The position numbers and the translations under genes are program-made. Positions 31,957 through 32,000 of a stretch of 32,000 nt of DNA are shown in pieces. Location: the NCBI GenBank assembly GCA_029269845.2, contig CP149973.1, forward strand, positions 1,410,001 to 1,442,000, in the 5' to 3' direction. Origin of the DNA: Opitutia bacterium KCR 482. GTDB taxonomy: Bacteria > Verrucomicrobiota > Verrucomicrobiia > Opitutales > Intestinicryptomonadaceae. The notes under the pieces are model-generated. The model ran no database searches. It was not told the origin of the DNA and saw only the letters and a program-made list of their open reading frames with translations. Within the stretch, counting starts at the first letter, position 1. Every line of letters starts with the position of its first letter.

Positions 31957-32000
31957 ATGGCAACAAAGAGAACGACAGGCAAAGCTCCCCTCAAACCCTC
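31957..32000 (+). CDS. 5' end of a gene running out of the window; unknown product
   Basis: ATG is preceded by a good AAGGAGA 9 nt upstream, which is rare in this window. The frame stays open to the edge (MATKRTTGKAPLKP...). Too short to identify. Confidence 0.45.
   Translation, partial: MATKRTTGKAPLKP

Noticed and set aside
1-32000. Search for CRISPR arrays, rRNA or tRNA genes, integrases, transposases and defence-system hallmarks (nucleases paired with ATPases, reverse transcriptases, methyltransferase-restriction pairs)
   Set aside because: I saw no regularly spaced direct repeats. All intergenic regions are under 470 nt and are accounted for by terminators or promoters, apart from the two spacers reported above. 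Every long ORF is either housekeeping or envelope-associated. PrmA is the only methyltransferase, and it is the ribosomal L11 enzyme.

Overview
About 32 kb of chromosome from a GC-rich bacterium (roughly 58-60% GC by eye). The gene content includes many Sec- or lipoprotein-exported proteins, DUF1080, FabV, giant TPR proteins and mostly weak Shine-Dalgarno sites. This suggests a PVC-group organism (Verrucomicrobia, Lentisphaerae or Kiritimatiellae-like), but that is inference only. I call 29 CDS, two of them cut by the window edges. Order: partial unknown gene > | < tatD | trxB-prmA-OB/HD nuclease-rdgB-galM > | < U32 peptidase-CPBP protease | TPR-A / helical-repeat-B / TM-vWA-like-C > | < thioredoxin-like-GH43-like-pssA-RelE/ParE-like | EF-hand protein > | < BI-1/YccA | rph-C_GCAxxG_C_C > | < HAD-ligA | < SIMPL | DUF1080 > ispA-fabV > | < dxs-xseB | partial gene >. 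Most convergent junctions carry clear rho-independent terminators. I saw no rRNA, tRNA, CRISPR array, transposase, integrase or phage genes, so most of the window is ordinary housekeeping DNA. The best candidate for something undescribed is the three-gene operon at 9782-15456. It encodes a 1009-aa exported YbgF/BamD-type TPR protein, an exported helical-repeat protein with a polyacidic tail, and a single-pass membrane protein with a vWA-like domain lacking the MIDAS serines. There is no MoxR/DUF58 partner and no enzyme in the operon. Secondary curiosities: an orphan RelE/ParE-like gene overlapping pssA by 4 nt; a LigA with a 68-aa disordered tail ending in a clamp-binding-like QGLLGF; a secreted 4x EF-hand protein; two unexplained convergent spacers, one AT-rich with alternative-pairing repeats and one GC-rich; and a recurrent T-tract+GCGC terminator tail. 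CDS coordinates come from the supplied ORF track, with starts re-chosen where noted. Non-CDS coordinates were counted by hand and may be off by 1-2 nt. All family assignments come from motif recognition by eye, since no database search was possible.
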